A DNA stretch of 64,000 bases, from the NCBI GenBank assembly GCA_003523085.1, contig DPHD01000024.1, forward strand, positions 2,046 to 66,045. The letters are read 5' to 3'. This DNA is from Oceanospirillaceae bacterium. Its GTDB lineage: Bacteria > Pseudomonadota > Gammaproteobacteria > Pseudomonadales > Balneatricaceae. Of this stretch, positions 18,946 to 29,065 are shown piece by piece. The position numbers were made by a program, and so were the translations under genes. The notes below the pieces were generated by a model. That model did no database searches. It was not told where the DNA came from and saw nothing but the letters and a program-made list of their open reading frames with translations. How positions within the stretch are numbered: the first letter of the stretch is position 1; each line of letters begins with the position of its first letter.

Positions 18946-20430
18946 TTAAGTGCCGCAAAATGTATTTTTTACGGCTTGTGTAGCGGTGGGCGCTAGGGCA
19001 TACGGCCTCAGTTGAGATTGGTATTCCCACGGCGATTGCACCACTTTAAGTAGGGCCTCAAAGGGTGCAAAATCTTGCTGATCTTCGGCCGCCCTTATGG
19101 CCATTTCAACTTGATGGTTGCGGGCGATAAAGGCTGGGTTGGCACTATTCATTTGTTGGTAACGTTGCTCAGGCTCTTGGGGGTCATTGGCTAAGCGTTG
19201 TAGCCATTGCTGCTGCCACAAAAGCAGTTCGTCTGGGGCGGCAAAAACGTCATCGATGGATTGGTGTGCTGGGTTGGTAGCGACTTGGTCAACGAGGGAC
19301 CGAAAACACAGAGTGAAGTCTAATTGATGCTCGGCCATGATAGCCAATAACTGTTCGGTTAAAGCTTGGTCTTCGGCTTGCGGCTCACTCAACCCCAGCT
19401 TGTTGCTCATGACGCGCTGATAAGCGCTCCCGTAATGCGCTACGTAATCGTCCAGTGCCTGTTGGGCGCAAACTAAGGCTTGCTCACCATTGGGGTGTAG
19501 CAGTGGTAATAACGCCTGAGCGAGGCGTACCAGGTTCCATTGGCCAATGCCAGCCTGTTGGTTATAACGATAGCGGCCTTGACGGTCGATGGCGCTAAAC
19601 ACTTTATCGGGGTCGAATTGATCCATGAAGGCACAGGGGCCGTAATCTACCGTAGCGCCACAAATCAGCATATTGTCGGTGTTCATTACACCATGAATAA
19701 ACCCAAACCCTTGCCACTGAGCAATGAGTTTGGCTTGGCGTTTAATGACTTCGTTGAGCAACGCCAAATAGGGTTGTTCGGCGTGGGTTAAAGCAGGGAA
19801 GTGACGCTGTAAACAATAGTCTGCGAGTTGCTTAACGGCGTCTTGGTCGCCTTGCATGGCAAAATACTCAAACGTGCCTATGCGGATGTGGCTGGGGGCA
19901 ATGCGGGTTAACACGGCACCAGGTTCTGCGCCCTTACGCAGTACTTTTTGGCCAGTGGCAACAGCGGCAAGGCTACGGGTGGTGGGCACCTTGAGGGCCG
20001 CCATGGCTTCGCTTATGAGGTATTCTCGAAGCACGGGACCTAAAGGGGAGCGGCCATCACCACGGCGCGAATAGGGCGTGGGGCCCGAGCCTTTAAGTTG
20101 TAAGTCGAAACGTTCGCCATTAGGCGCCACAATTTCGCCCAACAGATGAGCACGACCATCACCGAGTTGTGGATTGTAGGAGCCAAATTGATGGCCAGCA
20201 TAGGCTTGAGCTAGAGGTTTGGAGCCGTCCAAAATGGCATTGCCTGCGAGTGCTTGGGCCGCTGCTTCGGAGCTTAACCAAGCCGTATTGATGCCTAACT
20301 CCTTGGCCAATACCAAGTTAAGTGCAAAAGGCTTTGCTTGTGGTACCGGTGTGGGCTCGGCAAAGCTATAAAAGTGCTCCGGCAACTGGGTGTATGTGGT
20401 CTCAAAAGTTGGGCTGTTTACGGTAGTCAT
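18946..20430 (-). CDS. selO: protein adenylyltransferase SelO/YdiU
   Basis: YAGHQFG, LGDGRA, LKGSG.TPYSR.GDGR, HGVMNTDN and DYGP motifs; C-terminus TFCGT. Start placed at ATG 20430. Confidence 0.92.
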   Translation of the reverse strand: MTTVNSPTFETTYTQLPEHFYSFAEPTPVPQAKPFALNLVLAKELGINTAWLSSEAAAQALAGNAILDGSKPLAQAYAGHQFGSYNPQLGDGRAHLLGEIVAPNGERFDLQLKGSGPTPYSRRGDGRSPLGPVLREYLISEAMAALKVPTTRSLAAVATGQKVLRKGAEPGAVLTRIAPSHIRIGTFEYFAMQGDQDAVKQLADYCLQRHFPALTHAEQPYLALLNEVIKRQAKLIAQWQGFGFIHGVMNTDNMLICGATVDYGPCAFMDQFDPDKVFSAIDRQGRYRYNQQAGIGQWNLVRLAQALLPLLHPNGEQALVCAQQALDDYVAHYGSAYQRVMSNKLGLSEPQAEDQALTEQLLAIMAEHQLDFTLCFRSLVDQVATNPAHQSIDDVFAAPDELLLWQQQWLQRLANDPQEPEQRYQQMNSANPAFIARNHQVEMAIRAAEDQQDFAPFEALLKVVQSPWEYQSQLRPYALAPTATQAVKNTFCGT

Positions 20431-20432
20431 GA

Positions 20433-22658
20433 CTAAAGGATCTCTAATTTGGCATAGGCCAGCACTAACCACTTGCTGCCTTCGTTTTCAAAATTCACCT
20501 GCACGCGGGCTTGCGGGCCTTGGCCTTCGGCATTGACTACCACGCCCATGCCAAATAATGGGTGCCTAACGTTTTGGCCCAAGGCAATGACAGGAGTTTC
20601 CAATTCCTGATGTCGTCCCCAGCGGTCGTATTGCCGTTTGGGTGTGGGCCTTGCTGTGACTGGGCGGCTTATAGTGGACTTAAGGCGTACCTCGTTCATC
20701 AGGCCTTCCGGTACTTCACCAATAAAACGAGAGGGTCGATTAAAGGTATCTTGGCCGTGTAATCTGCGGCTTTCGGCGTAGGTAATAAACAAACGCTGCA
20801 TGGCGCGGGTAATACCCACATAACATAGGCGGCGCTCCTCTTCTAAACGATCGCCTTCTTCGAGGGACATTTTGTGGGGGAATAGGCCTTCTTCTACACC
20901 GCCTAAAAACACCACCGGAAACTCAAGGCCTTTGGCTGAGTGAAGGGTCATGAGTTGTACGCTGTCTTCAGACTCGTCGGCTTGTTGTTCACCGGCGTCT
21001 AGGGCCGCTTGGTCTAACATAGCTGCTAGCGGTGTGGTGGCTACTGGGTCTAGCGCAGAGTCGGGATCATCGGACTCTTGTGTTGGGTTCCATGTGCTGG
21101 CGAAACCTTTAGCCGCACTCACTAACTCATTGAGGTTATCAATGCGAGTTTGGGCCTTTTCACCCTTTTCTTTAAGGTGATGTTGGATTAACCCCGATTG
21201 CTTGATAACGTGATCCACCATGTCGTGTAACAAGGCTTCGGTGCTTTCTTCGTCGAGCCGATCGATCAAGCCAACAAAACTTTGCACCGCATTGTGGGCG
21301 CGGGTGGGTAGTGCATTGTGGTCCACGATTTGTTTGGCGCTGTCCCACATAGAGCAACCTTCTGCTCGGGCATGGAGACGGATTTTATCCACCGTAGCAG
21401 CGCCCACGCCACGTGTCGGCACGTTGAAAACCCGCTCCATAGCGGCGTCATCGTTACGGTTTTTGATGAGGCGCAAGTAAGCTAACGCATTACGAATTTC
21501 CAAACGGTCATAAAAACGTTGACCGCCGTAAATGCGATACGGCATGTTGGCTCGAATCAGGGCTTCTTCTAATACCCGCGACTGGGCGTTAGAGCGGTAA
21601 AGAATGGCACACTCGGCCCGTAAACCGCCGTCTTTTTGCCACTGGTCAATTTGGTCAACGATAAACCGGGCTTCATCCATTTCGTTAAACGCGGCATACA
21701 GCGAAATAGCCTCGCCATCGTTGCCATCGGTCCACAAGTTTTTACCCAAGCGGCCACTGTTGTTGGCAATAAGGCCGTTGGCGGCTTTCAGTATGGTGCC
21801 GGTAGAGCGGTAGTTTTGTTCCAGCTTTACGGTGATGGCATTGCCAAAATCCCGTTCAAAGTGTTGGATGTTTTCTATTTTTGCACCCCGCCAACCGTAA
21901 ATGGATTGGTCATCGTCACCCACGGCCATGACTTTAGCGGCGCTGCCCGATAACACCCGTAGCCAAGCGTATTGTATAGTGTTGGTGTCTTGAAACTCGT
22001 CCACCAACAGGTGCTTAAAACGGCCTTGATAATGGGCTAGCAAAGCCGAGTTGTTAAGCCATAGCTCATGGCTGCGTAGCAACAGCTCGCCAAAATCGAC
22101 CAGGCCTGCGCGTTCACAGGCTTGGTGGTAGGCAGCGTACACCTTAACTTGGGTATCTAGTTGAAAATCACCATGGGTTTCAATGTGTTGAGGGCGCTTG
22201 CCTTCGTCTTTACAGCCATTAATGAAGTGTTGGAATTGACGTACGGGCCATCGGCTTTCTTCTAGCTGCATTTGTTTGCACAGGCGTTTAAGGATGCTCA
22301 GCTGGTCGTCGCTGTCGAGAATTTGAAATTCTTTTTGTAACCCCGCTTCTTGCCAGTGACGGCGTAATAACCGGTGGGCCAAGCTATGGAAGGTGCCGAC
22401 CCACAATTGCTGTGTGTCTAACCCCATTAGGCTTTCAATACGGCTGCGCATTTCGCGGGCTGCCTTGTTGGTAAAAGTTACCGCCATGATGGACCATGGC
22501 GATATATTCTCTGCTTCAATGAGCCAGGCAATGCGGTGCACCAACACCCGGGTTTTACCACTGCCAGCGCCGGCTAAAATCAGCAAGTTTTCCTGTGGTG
22601 CTGCCACGGCTTCACGTTGTGAGCCGTTGAGTTCGTCTAAGAGGCGAGAAACATCCAT
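20433..22658 (-). CDS. uvrD: DNA helicase II
   Basis: LAGAGSGKTRVL, VDEFQDTN, VGDDDQSIYGWRGA, LEQNYRST, TLHSAKGLEF and EERRLCYV motifs. Start placed at ATG 22658 (MDVS.LLD.LN). Confidence 0.96.
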   Translation of the reverse strand: MDVSRLLDELNGSQREAVAAPQENLLILAGAGSGKTRVLVHRIAWLIEAENISPWSIMAVTFTNKAAREMRSRIESLMGLDTQQLWVGTFHSLAHRLLRRHWQEAGLQKEFQILDSDDQLSILKRLCKQMQLEESRWPVRQFQHFINGCKDEGKRPQHIETHGDFQLDTQVKVYAAYHQACERAGLVDFGELLLRSHELWLNNSALLAHYQGRFKHLLVDEFQDTNTIQYAWLRVLSGSAAKVMAVGDDDQSIYGWRGAKIENIQHFERDFGNAITVKLEQNYRSTGTILKAANGLIANNSGRLGKNLWTDGNDGEAISLYAAFNEMDEARFIVDQIDQWQKDGGLRAECAILYRSNAQSRVLEEALIRANMPYRIYGGQRFYDRLEIRNALAYLRLIKNRNDDAAMERVFNVPTRGVGAATVDKIRLHARAEGCSMWDSAKQIVDHNALPTRAHNAVQSFVGLIDRLDEESTEALLHDMVDHVIKQSGLIQHHLKEKGEKAQTRIDNLNELVSAAKGFASTWNPTQESDDPDSALDPVATTPLAAMLDQAALDAGEQQADESEDSVQLMTLHSAKGLEFPVVFLGGVEEGLFPHKMSLEEGDRLEEERRLCYVGITRAMQRLFITYAESRRLHGQDTFNRPSRFIGEVPEGLMNEVRLKSTISRPVTARPTPKRQYDRWGRHQELETPVIALGQNVRHPLFGMGVVVNAEGQGPQARVQVNFENEGSKWLVLAYAKLEIL

Positions 22659-22932
22659 GAGTGTGTCCGTATAGTTGGCATCAATTGCGATTAAGTAATT
22701 GATGAAAAACAATTTTTGTTGGAATGCGAAACTGATCTGACCAATGTGTGCTTGTCTTGTTGCCAGCGCCCAACTAAGGGAGTATTTTTGTTCGAGCTAT
22801 GACAAACGGTTGGCTGCAATGGGTTATTTAACTAACACCTATTGTAACCACAGATGAGGTAAATGACACCGTTAGTCCTGAACTAGTTTGACATGGTTAA
22901 ACTCAATAAAAAAAATACTGGAGTGTACGGAA

Positions 22933-24027
22933 ATGGAACGAAGAGAAATTTTAAAGAAAGGTTTGGTTGGTTTAGGCGGCGCTGCAGCTGCTTCAACTAT
23001 CGCCGCGCCAGCAATAGCAAAAGAGCGTGTGGAAATTGCCATGGTTTCAACTTGGCCACGTGATTTTCCCGGTCTAGGAACAGGTGCGCAGCGTTTTGCA
23101 CAGCGCCTAAATGACATGAGTGACGGCCGTATCCAAGTTTCTTATTACGCTGCCAACGAGCGTGTAAAAGCATTTGACTCATTTGATGAAGTGGCTTCTG
23201 GCAACGCGCAGATGTACCATTCGGCCGAATATTATTGGAAAGGCAAGCATCCAGGCTGGGCTTACTTTACCTCTGTACCATTTGGCTTAACCTACACTGA
23301 GATGAACGCATGGATTCGTTTTGGTGGTGGTCAAGAGTTATGGGATGAGCTAGGTGCAGATTACGGCTTAAAAGGCTTGATGTGTGGTAACACCGGCGTC
23401 CAAATGGGTGGTTGGTTCCGTAAGGAAATCAACTCTGCAGACGACCTTAAAGGTTTGAAGATGCGTATGCCTGGTCTAGGTGGCGACGTATTGGCTAAGC
23501 TTGGTGGTTCTCCAGTGTCGTTGCCTGGTGGTCAGATTTATGAAAACCTTATCTCTGGTGCCATCGATGCAACTGAGTGGGTTGGCCCTTGGAATGACGA
23601 GCTAATGAAGTTCTACGAAGCGGCTAAGTACTACTACTACCCAGGCATGCACGAGCCAGGCGCTATGTTGGCTTGTGGCATGAACAAAACTTGGTGGGAT
23701 GGATTGAGCAAAGCGGATCAAATGATGATTGAAGCGGCTTCATCCATGGAAAATGACGTCATGATGGCGGAATACAATGCCAAGAACGGTGCTGCACTTA
23801 AACGTTTGGTTAATGACCAAGGCGTTAAGCTACGCCAGTTTAGCGATGACATTTACGACAGCTTTGCTGAGGCTTCTGAAGAAGTGTTTGCAGAAGTTCA
23901 AGAGCACAGTGATTTGGCTGCGCGTATTCACAAGAGCTTTGCTACAGCCCGTACTGATATCGGTGCATGGACAGGAATTTCTGACCAAGCCTACCTACAG
24001 CAGCGTAACCGCGCTCTAGGTGGCTAA
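22933..24027 (+). CDS. TRAP transporter substrate-binding protein (DctP/TakP-like, Tat signal)
   Basis: MERREILKKG twin-arginine signal; GNTG.QMGGWF, GLKMRMPGLGG, EWVGP and YYYPG.HEPG motifs. Confidence 0.9.
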   Translation: MERREILKKGLVGLGGAAAASTIAAPAIAKERVEIAMVSTWPRDFPGLGTGAQRFAQRLNDMSDGRIQVSYYAANERVKAFDSFDEVASGNAQMYHSAEYYWKGKHPGWAYFTSVPFGLTYTEMNAWIRFGGGQELWDELGADYGLKGLMCGNTGVQMGGWFRKEINSADDLKGLKMRMPGLGGDVLAKLGGSPVSLPGGQIYENLISGAIDATEWVGPWNDELMKFYEAAKYYYYPGMHEPGAMLACGMNKTWWDGLSKADQMMIEAASSMENDVMMAEYNAKNGAALKRLVNDQGVKLRQFSDDIYDSFAEASEEVFAEVQEHSDLAARIHKSFATARTDIGAWTGISDQAYLQQRNRALGG

Positions 24028-24044
24028 TAGCCGTACTTTGGTAC

Positions 24045-24080
24045 ACCCGCCCATGGCATTGCTGTGGGCGGGTTTTTCTT
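24045..24080 (+). terminator. Rho-independent terminator or attenuator between dctP and dctQ
   Basis: ACCCGCCCATGGC-ATT-GCTGTGGGCGGGT stem followed by TTTTCTTT. Confidence 0.8.
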
Positions 24081-24104
24081 TATTACTCGTTAGTGGTTTT
24101 AACC

Positions 24105-25088
24105 ATGCAACACCCTTTAAACTCGTCCTATAGTTTATCTAGGCAAGACTTGTTGCTTCGCAGCTTGGCTTTTACTGTGGTGTATGCCACGGTTATTTTT
24201 GTAGTTAATAATTTTTTAAACTTCTGGGCTTTGTGGCCAGGAGCCGTCAATACCCTGGTGGGAAAAACCTCCGCCGGATTAGGCTGGCTACAGGTATTAA
24301 GTTATCTAGCAGCGCCAATGTTGGCCATGTTTCATGTGTCTACACTGAGGGCATTAAGCTATCACGACCTTGCACAGAGGGTCTCCCATTGGGCCGCCAC
24401 TAGTGTAAAAGCCGCCTTTTGGATGGTGCTTTTAGTAGGTTTAGTTGACATGCTGGTATCGTTTTTACGCATAGAGTCGCTGCTTGCGCCTTTGGTTGGC
24501 GATGCCATGACTCTTGAATTAGGTAAACCACAATTCCGTGGTACTTATGTACACCTACCACTGATGTTGCTGGCCTGTTTTATAGCCATACGCAGCAAAG
24601 GGTTAGGATTTATTTGGCTGACCTTGTTGGTGGTTGGGGCTGAATTTTTAATTGTTATTACTCGTTTTGTGTTTTCTTATGAACAGGCGTTTATGGGCGA
24701 TCTTGTTCGTTTTTGGTATGCCGCCTTGTTCCTGTTTGCCTCCGCACACACCTTGCTTGTAGAAGGGCATATTCGGGTGGACGTGGCCTACACTCATTTT
24801 AAGGCGCGAACCCAATCTTGGGTTAATGTTTTTGGGGTCTTCTTACTCGGCTTACCCCTGTGTTTTACCATCCTCACCCTAGGTATGTGGGATAAAACTA
24901 GCAGTATCAATAGCCCACTCATTAATGTAGAAATTTCTCAAAGTGGTTATGGCATGTATGTGAAATACATCATGGTGGGCTTTTTGGCCATTTTTGCTTT
25001 TTCTATGATTATTCAATTTTCAAGTTATTTGCTCAAGCATTTTGGTGTGCTACGCGGCGAAGCAACGACAACCACGGCTAACCCCTAG
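24105..25088 (+). CDS. TRAP small permease DctQ with N-terminal membrane extension
   Basis: C-terminal DctQ core (V.TRFVF...W..A.LFL.ASA.TL..EGHIRVD); about 330 aa, well above a normal DctQ. Confidence 0.8.
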   Translation: MQHPLNSSYSLSRQDLLLRSLAFTVVYATVIFVVNNFLNFWALWPGAVNTLVGKTSAGLGWLQVLSYLAAPMLAMFHVSTLRALSYHDLAQRVSHWAATSVKAAFWMVLLVGLVDMLVSFLRIESLLAPLVGDAMTLELGKPQFRGTYVHLPLMLLACFIAIRSKGLGFIWLTLLVVGAEFLIVITRFVFSYEQAFMGDLVRFWYAALFLFASAHTLLVEGHIRVDVAYTHFKARTQSWVNVFGVFLLGLPLCFTILTLGMWDKTSSINSPLINVEISQSGYGMYVKYIMVGFLAIFAFSMIIQFSSYLLKHFGVLRGEATTTTANP

Positions 25089-25099
25089 GACACTGCGTT

Positions 25100-27760
25100 A
25101 TGGAACTTTTGTTTTTAGGGATTTTAGTCCTGCTTATGATTACGGCGCTGATCTCCGGCTTTCCCGTAGCTTTTTCTTTGCCTGGCTCGTCGATCATTGC
25201 TATTGGTTTGGCGGCCCTAGCCGGTTGGGTGTTTGCCGATAATCCAGATGCCTATTTCCATGAAGGCGGCCCTGTGCAATGGCTCAGTGCCGGAGTGACA
25301 AACTTTAGAAGCCTTTATTGGAACGTTGAGCGGGATACCCTCATTGCGATTCCGTTATTTATCTTTATGGGCATTATGTTACAACGCTCTAAAGTGGCCG
25401 AAGACTTGCTGGTGACCATGGCTCAGCTGTTTGGCCCAGTGCCGGGTGGTTTAGGTATTTCTGTGGTATTGGTGGGCGCCTTATTGGCGGCGACTACCGG
25501 CATAGTGGGCGCCACAGTGATCGCCATGGGTATGATTTCTTTGCCGGCTATGCTGCGCAGTAAATACTCCCACTCCTTAGCTACGGGAACCATTTGTGCG
25601 TCAGGCACCCTTGGCCAAATTATTCCACCGTCTATTGTACTTATTATCTTGGCCGACCAGCTCAGTAACGCAGCCGACCAAGCCAGCGCCATGCGTCAGT
25701 CTGCATACCGTGAGATTACGGGCGAGTTTTCCATGCCTTCGGTGCTGGACATTACCTCAGCCAGCGCCGGTGACATGTTTATGGGGGCCTTTATTCCGGG
25801 CCTTGTGTTGGTGGGCTTGTACATATTGTATATATTGTTCACCGCTATCATCCGTCCAAAAATGGCCCCACCTGTAGGTTATGACGGCGCTTACGATCGT
25901 CAGTTTTTGGTTAAAGTATTAATGTCTTTATTGCCACCTCTGGGTCTGATTTTTGTAGTATTGGGCTCCATTTTAATGGGTGTAGCCACGGTGAACCAAG
26001 CGGGTGCGGTAGGTGCGGTGGGTGCCATGTTGATGGCAGGCTATCGCTTACATCACCGTGATGAAAGGCGTTATTGGCCTGCCTTTATTGCTATTTCATC
26101 GGTTGTTGCCCTAGGTTTTATTGTGGCCAATTTCGACCTCAATATTAAAAACATCAATACTGACGAAGATCGCCTTGGTATTACCCTAGGTTTGATCGCT
26201 TCTGCTACTTTGTTGGTAGCAATAACTTGGAGTGGGTGGAGAGTCTTTAAAACCGGCACCACCTTACATGAAGTTATGGGGGAAACAGCCAAAACCACGT
26301 CTATGGTATTTATCATCCTTATTGGTGCTGCCATGCTCACCTCGGCATTCCGTGCATTTGGTGGTGAAGAACTTGTGAAACACATGCTCACAAGTTTGCC
26401 GGGAGGCTTTTGGGTACAGTTCTTTGTGGTGATGTTAGTGATCTTTGTGCTAGGTTTTTTCCTAGACTTCATTGAAATTGCCGTAGTGGTAGTGCCTATT
26501 GTGGCACCTATCCTGCTAGCAGACCCAAGCGCTAACATCACTGCAGTGTGGTTAGGTGTAATGATTGGATTGAATATACAAACCTCATTCCTTACGCCAC
26601 CCTTCGGCTTTGCGCTTTTCTACTTGCGGGGTGTGGCAGACAAAGTAGTGAAGACCGTCTCTATTTATAAAGGCGTGGTGCCATTTATAGGCTTGCAGCT
26701 ATTAGCCCTAGTCATTACAGGCTTTTACCCAAGCTTGGTGAACTATTTGCCTAACCGCACCTACCTGACCTCTGAGTCGGCACCTCCACCTATGAATCCG
26801 CGTATTCAGCCTTGTTTAGAGGAACAGGTGCTGACTTTGTACGGCAGCGACAAAGTGCGTCTGATTGCCGCCATTGATGCCATGGCTGCTGTAGATGCGA
26901 GTTATTTGTCCTCTTCTGCAACAGAAATGTTACAACAAAGCTTAAGTAAAGCACGACTGACCTTTGACAAAGTAGAGGCTATCTACCAAGCTGAAGCGCA
27001 GTTAACAGACTTTTCACAAAGCTATGAGCCGTTACATCAACAAGTACGAGAAATTCAGCTTCACGTGCGCCGTAATACTGGTTTGAGCAAAGATGCTCAA
27101 TTACAGTTGCGTCGCCTAGATGATATTGACCTCAATGCAGACCGTCGGGCAGATCTACTGGCTCACATAGATGAGCTTGAACTTCTTAATCAACGTTTAG
27201 AGGCCGGTATCCCTGCTGAATGGGCCACTCAACGACCTATTTTTGAACAACTCAATAAGGCAGAAAAACAGTCTCGTAGGCAATACCGTCGTAATGTTGA
27301 TGAAGCATACGAGGGTATTAGAGAATTGCACTTTTGGATCGCTCAAGCGCCAGAATTGGCATTGCTTGAAGATGATGTGGCGCAGCTCGCATCTAGCATA
27401 GAGCAGTTGGACGCCAAAGACGCCATGGCAGCGATTAAAGTACAAGAGAAGATGTTGGGCGAGTTTTCCGGGGTAAGTAGTGTTAAGTCTAAGCTGTCTA
27501 AAGCGAGACGTGCCCTGAAAGGCAGTAAATATAATCTCGAAAAGTCCAAAGATTATCATAGCCAAGCCATGGCTTTGTTAACGGCAGAGATCACATGGCG
27601 TCAAACAGCGTTAACTCAGTTAGCGCCGGCTTTGGCCACCTATGACGATGCCATTAAGCAAAGCATTGGTTTACGTCTACAGGAACGCATGAGCCATGAC
27701 GTAGCAACCACGGTTTCTGCCTGTATGTCGACGCATAAAGACATCTCTTTGCAATTTTGA
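25100..27760 (+). CDS. TRAP large permease DctM with large C-terminal helical extension
   Basis: GFPVAFSL, LIAIPLFIFMG, SGTLGQIIPPS, LGFFLDFIEI and QTSFLTPPFGFALFYL motifs, followed by about 330 aa of hydrophilic helical sequence. Confidence 0.88.
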   Translation: MELLFLGILVLLMITALISGFPVAFSLPGSSIIAIGLAALAGWVFADNPDAYFHEGGPVQWLSAGVTNFRSLYWNVERDTLIAIPLFIFMGIMLQRSKVAEDLLVTMAQLFGPVPGGLGISVVLVGALLAATTGIVGATVIAMGMISLPAMLRSKYSHSLATGTICASGTLGQIIPPSIVLIILADQLSNAADQASAMRQSAYREITGEFSMPSVLDITSASAGDMFMGAFIPGLVLVGLYILYILFTAIIRPKMAPPVGYDGAYDRQFLVKVLMSLLPPLGLIFVVLGSILMGVATVNQAGAVGAVGAMLMAGYRLHHRDERRYWPAFIAISSVVALGFIVANFDLNIKNINTDEDRLGITLGLIASATLLVAITWSGWRVFKTGTTLHEVMGETAKTTSMVFIILIGAAMLTSAFRAFGGEELVKHMLTSLPGGFWVQFFVVMLVIFVLGFFLDFIEIAVVVVPIVAPILLADPSANITAVWLGVMIGLNIQTSFLTPPFGFALFYLRGVADKVVKTVSIYKGVVPFIGLQLLALVITGFYPSLVNYLPNRTYLTSESAPPPMNPRIQPCLEEQVLTLYGSDKVRLIAAIDAMAAVDASYLSSSATEMLQQSLSKARLTFDKVEAIYQAEAQLTDFSQSYEPLHQQVREIQLHVRRNTGLSKDAQLQLRRLDDIDLNADRRADLLAHIDELELLNQRLEAGIPAEWATQRPIFEQLNKAEKQSRRQYRRNVDEAYEGIRELHFWIAQAPELALLEDDVAQLASSIEQLDAKDAMAAIKVQEKMLGEFSGVSSVKSKLSKARRALKGSKYNLEKSKDYHSQAMALLTAEITWRQTALTQLAPALATYDDAIKQSIGLRLQERMSHDVATTVSACMSTHKDISLQF

Positions 27761-27789
27761 AGATGGGCGGTGGATTGAGTTGAAGTGGA

Positions 27790-27816
27790 TGGGGTAGAAT
27801 AAAAACAACTACCCCA
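27790..27816. promoter_or_regulatory. inverted repeat upstream of the RpiR/HexR gene (possible operator or hairpin)
   Basis: TGGGGTAG-AATAAAAACAA-CTACCCCA, perfect 8-bp arms, 17 nt before the ATG. Confidence 0.4.
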
Positions 27817-27833
27817 CTGCTGCAGTGAAGTGA

Positions 27834-28703
27834 ATGCCTAAAACTACTCAAAATCTGTTCAAAGCCATACAATTAGCCCATCAACAGTTGCGCAAGTCTG
27901 AGCGCAAGGTGGCCGATTACGTATTGGAACACCGGGCTAAGGTGGTGCAAATGCGCATTGTTGATTTGGCGGCCGCTGCGGGTGTGAGTGAGCCTACGGT
28001 GGTGCGATTTTGTCGTGCGATTGGGTTTGATGGATTCCAAGGCTTTAAGCTGACGCTGGCCCAGTTTGTGGCATCCAATACCTCCTACGAACAGTTTCGG
28101 TTAGACAGCCGCGATTCCGTAGAAGAGTTTAAAGAAAAAATCTTCGACTCCACCATGGGTAACCTCATGCGGGTCAAAACCGATTTAGATGCTGCCAATT
28201 TAGAACGCGCCATTGTAGCCCTAGCGCAAACCAAGCGTGTAGATTGTTATGGATTTGGTGCTTCGGCGCCCATTTGTAGTGACGCCCAGCATAAGTTTTT
28301 CCGCCTTAACCTGTCGGCAGCGGCCTATTCAGACCCCCATTTACAAACCATGGCAGCGGTCACCTTGCAGTCTGGTGATGTGGTGATTGCGATCTCGCAA
28401 ACGGGCCGTACCAAAGACTTGTTACACACCACTCAACTGGCTATGGATGCCGGCGCCACCGTGATTGCATTGTGCCCCAGTAATACCCCCTTGGCACAAC
28501 AAGTGCAGATTCCTCTTTATATCGACCTCGATGAAGACAAAGAGCTCAATACTCTTATGTCGTCACGCATCACCCAAATGGTGGTGATCGACGTGCTCGC
28601 CGTAGGCGTGACCATGCAGTTGGGTGAAGAAGCCAAGGCGCATCTAAAAACCATTAAACGCTCGCTTAGGAGTTTGCGTATTCCCGCTAAGCGTCCTAAA
28701 TAG
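27834..28703 (+). CDS. hexR: RpiR/HexR-family transcriptional regulator (HTH + SIS)
   Basis: LRKSERKVA, VSEPTVVRFCR..G..GF..FKL, DAQHKFFR and ISQTGRTK motifs. Confidence 0.8.
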   Translation: MPKTTQNLFKAIQLAHQQLRKSERKVADYVLEHRAKVVQMRIVDLAAAAGVSEPTVVRFCRAIGFDGFQGFKLTLAQFVASNTSYEQFRLDSRDSVEEFKEKIFDSTMGNLMRVKTDLDAANLERAIVALAQTKRVDCYGFGASAPICSDAQHKFFRLNLSAAAYSDPHLQTMAAVTLQSGDVVIAISQTGRTKDLLHTTQLAMDAGATVIALCPSNTPLAQQVQIPLYIDLDEDKELNTLMSSRITQMVVIDVLAVGVTMQLGEEAKAHLKTIKRSLRSLRIPAKRPK

Positions 28704-28724
28704 TTGCGGTTAATGGTGGGGGGC

Positions 28725-28759
28725 TTGACAATTCGGCCTGCAGCTCCCATAGTGGGAGC
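28725..28759 (+). promoter_or_regulatory. higBA-2 promoter (TTGACA-17 bp-CATAGT) with palindromic operator
   Basis: Perfect -35 at 28725-28730. The -10 at 28748-28753 sits inside the palindrome GCTCCCA-TAG-TGGGAGC (28743-28759). Confidence 0.7.
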
Positions 28760-28762
28760 GTT

Positions 28763-29065
28763 ATGCGTATCATCTCCAAGAAAACACTACGTGGCTTTTG
28801 GCAATCGAAACCCGAGTTTATGTCGGCAAAGGATGCGCTCGAAGCTTGGCATGATGAGGCGAAAAAGGCCGCTTGGCGAACTCCTGCGGAGATTAAAGCT
28901 AAATATCGCAGTGCCAGTATTCTTAAAGGTAATCGTGTTGTGTTCAACATCAAAGGCAATGATTACCGGTTGGTTGTTAAGGTTAACTACGACTATGGCA
29001 TTGTTTATGTTCGTTTCGTTGGTACCCATAGGCAATATGATGCGATTGATGTGGAGACAGTGTAA
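28763..29065 (+). CDS. higB: HigB-type mRNA interferase toxin (E. coli HigB/YgjN type)
   Basis: MRIIS...L..FW...L..W...W..P..IK...AS....RVVFNIKGNDYRL...F.GTH..YD motif. Confidence 0.92.
   Translation: MRIISKKTLRGFWQSKPEFMSAKDALEAWHDEAKKAAWRTPAEIKAKYRSASILKGNRVVFNIKGNDYRLVVKVNYDYGIVYVRFVGTHRQYDAIDVETV

Noticed and set aside
22659..22932. Possible LexA box at uvrD or HexR box at the TRAP promoter
   Set aside because: I found no CTGT-N8-ACAG and no convincing dyad by eye.
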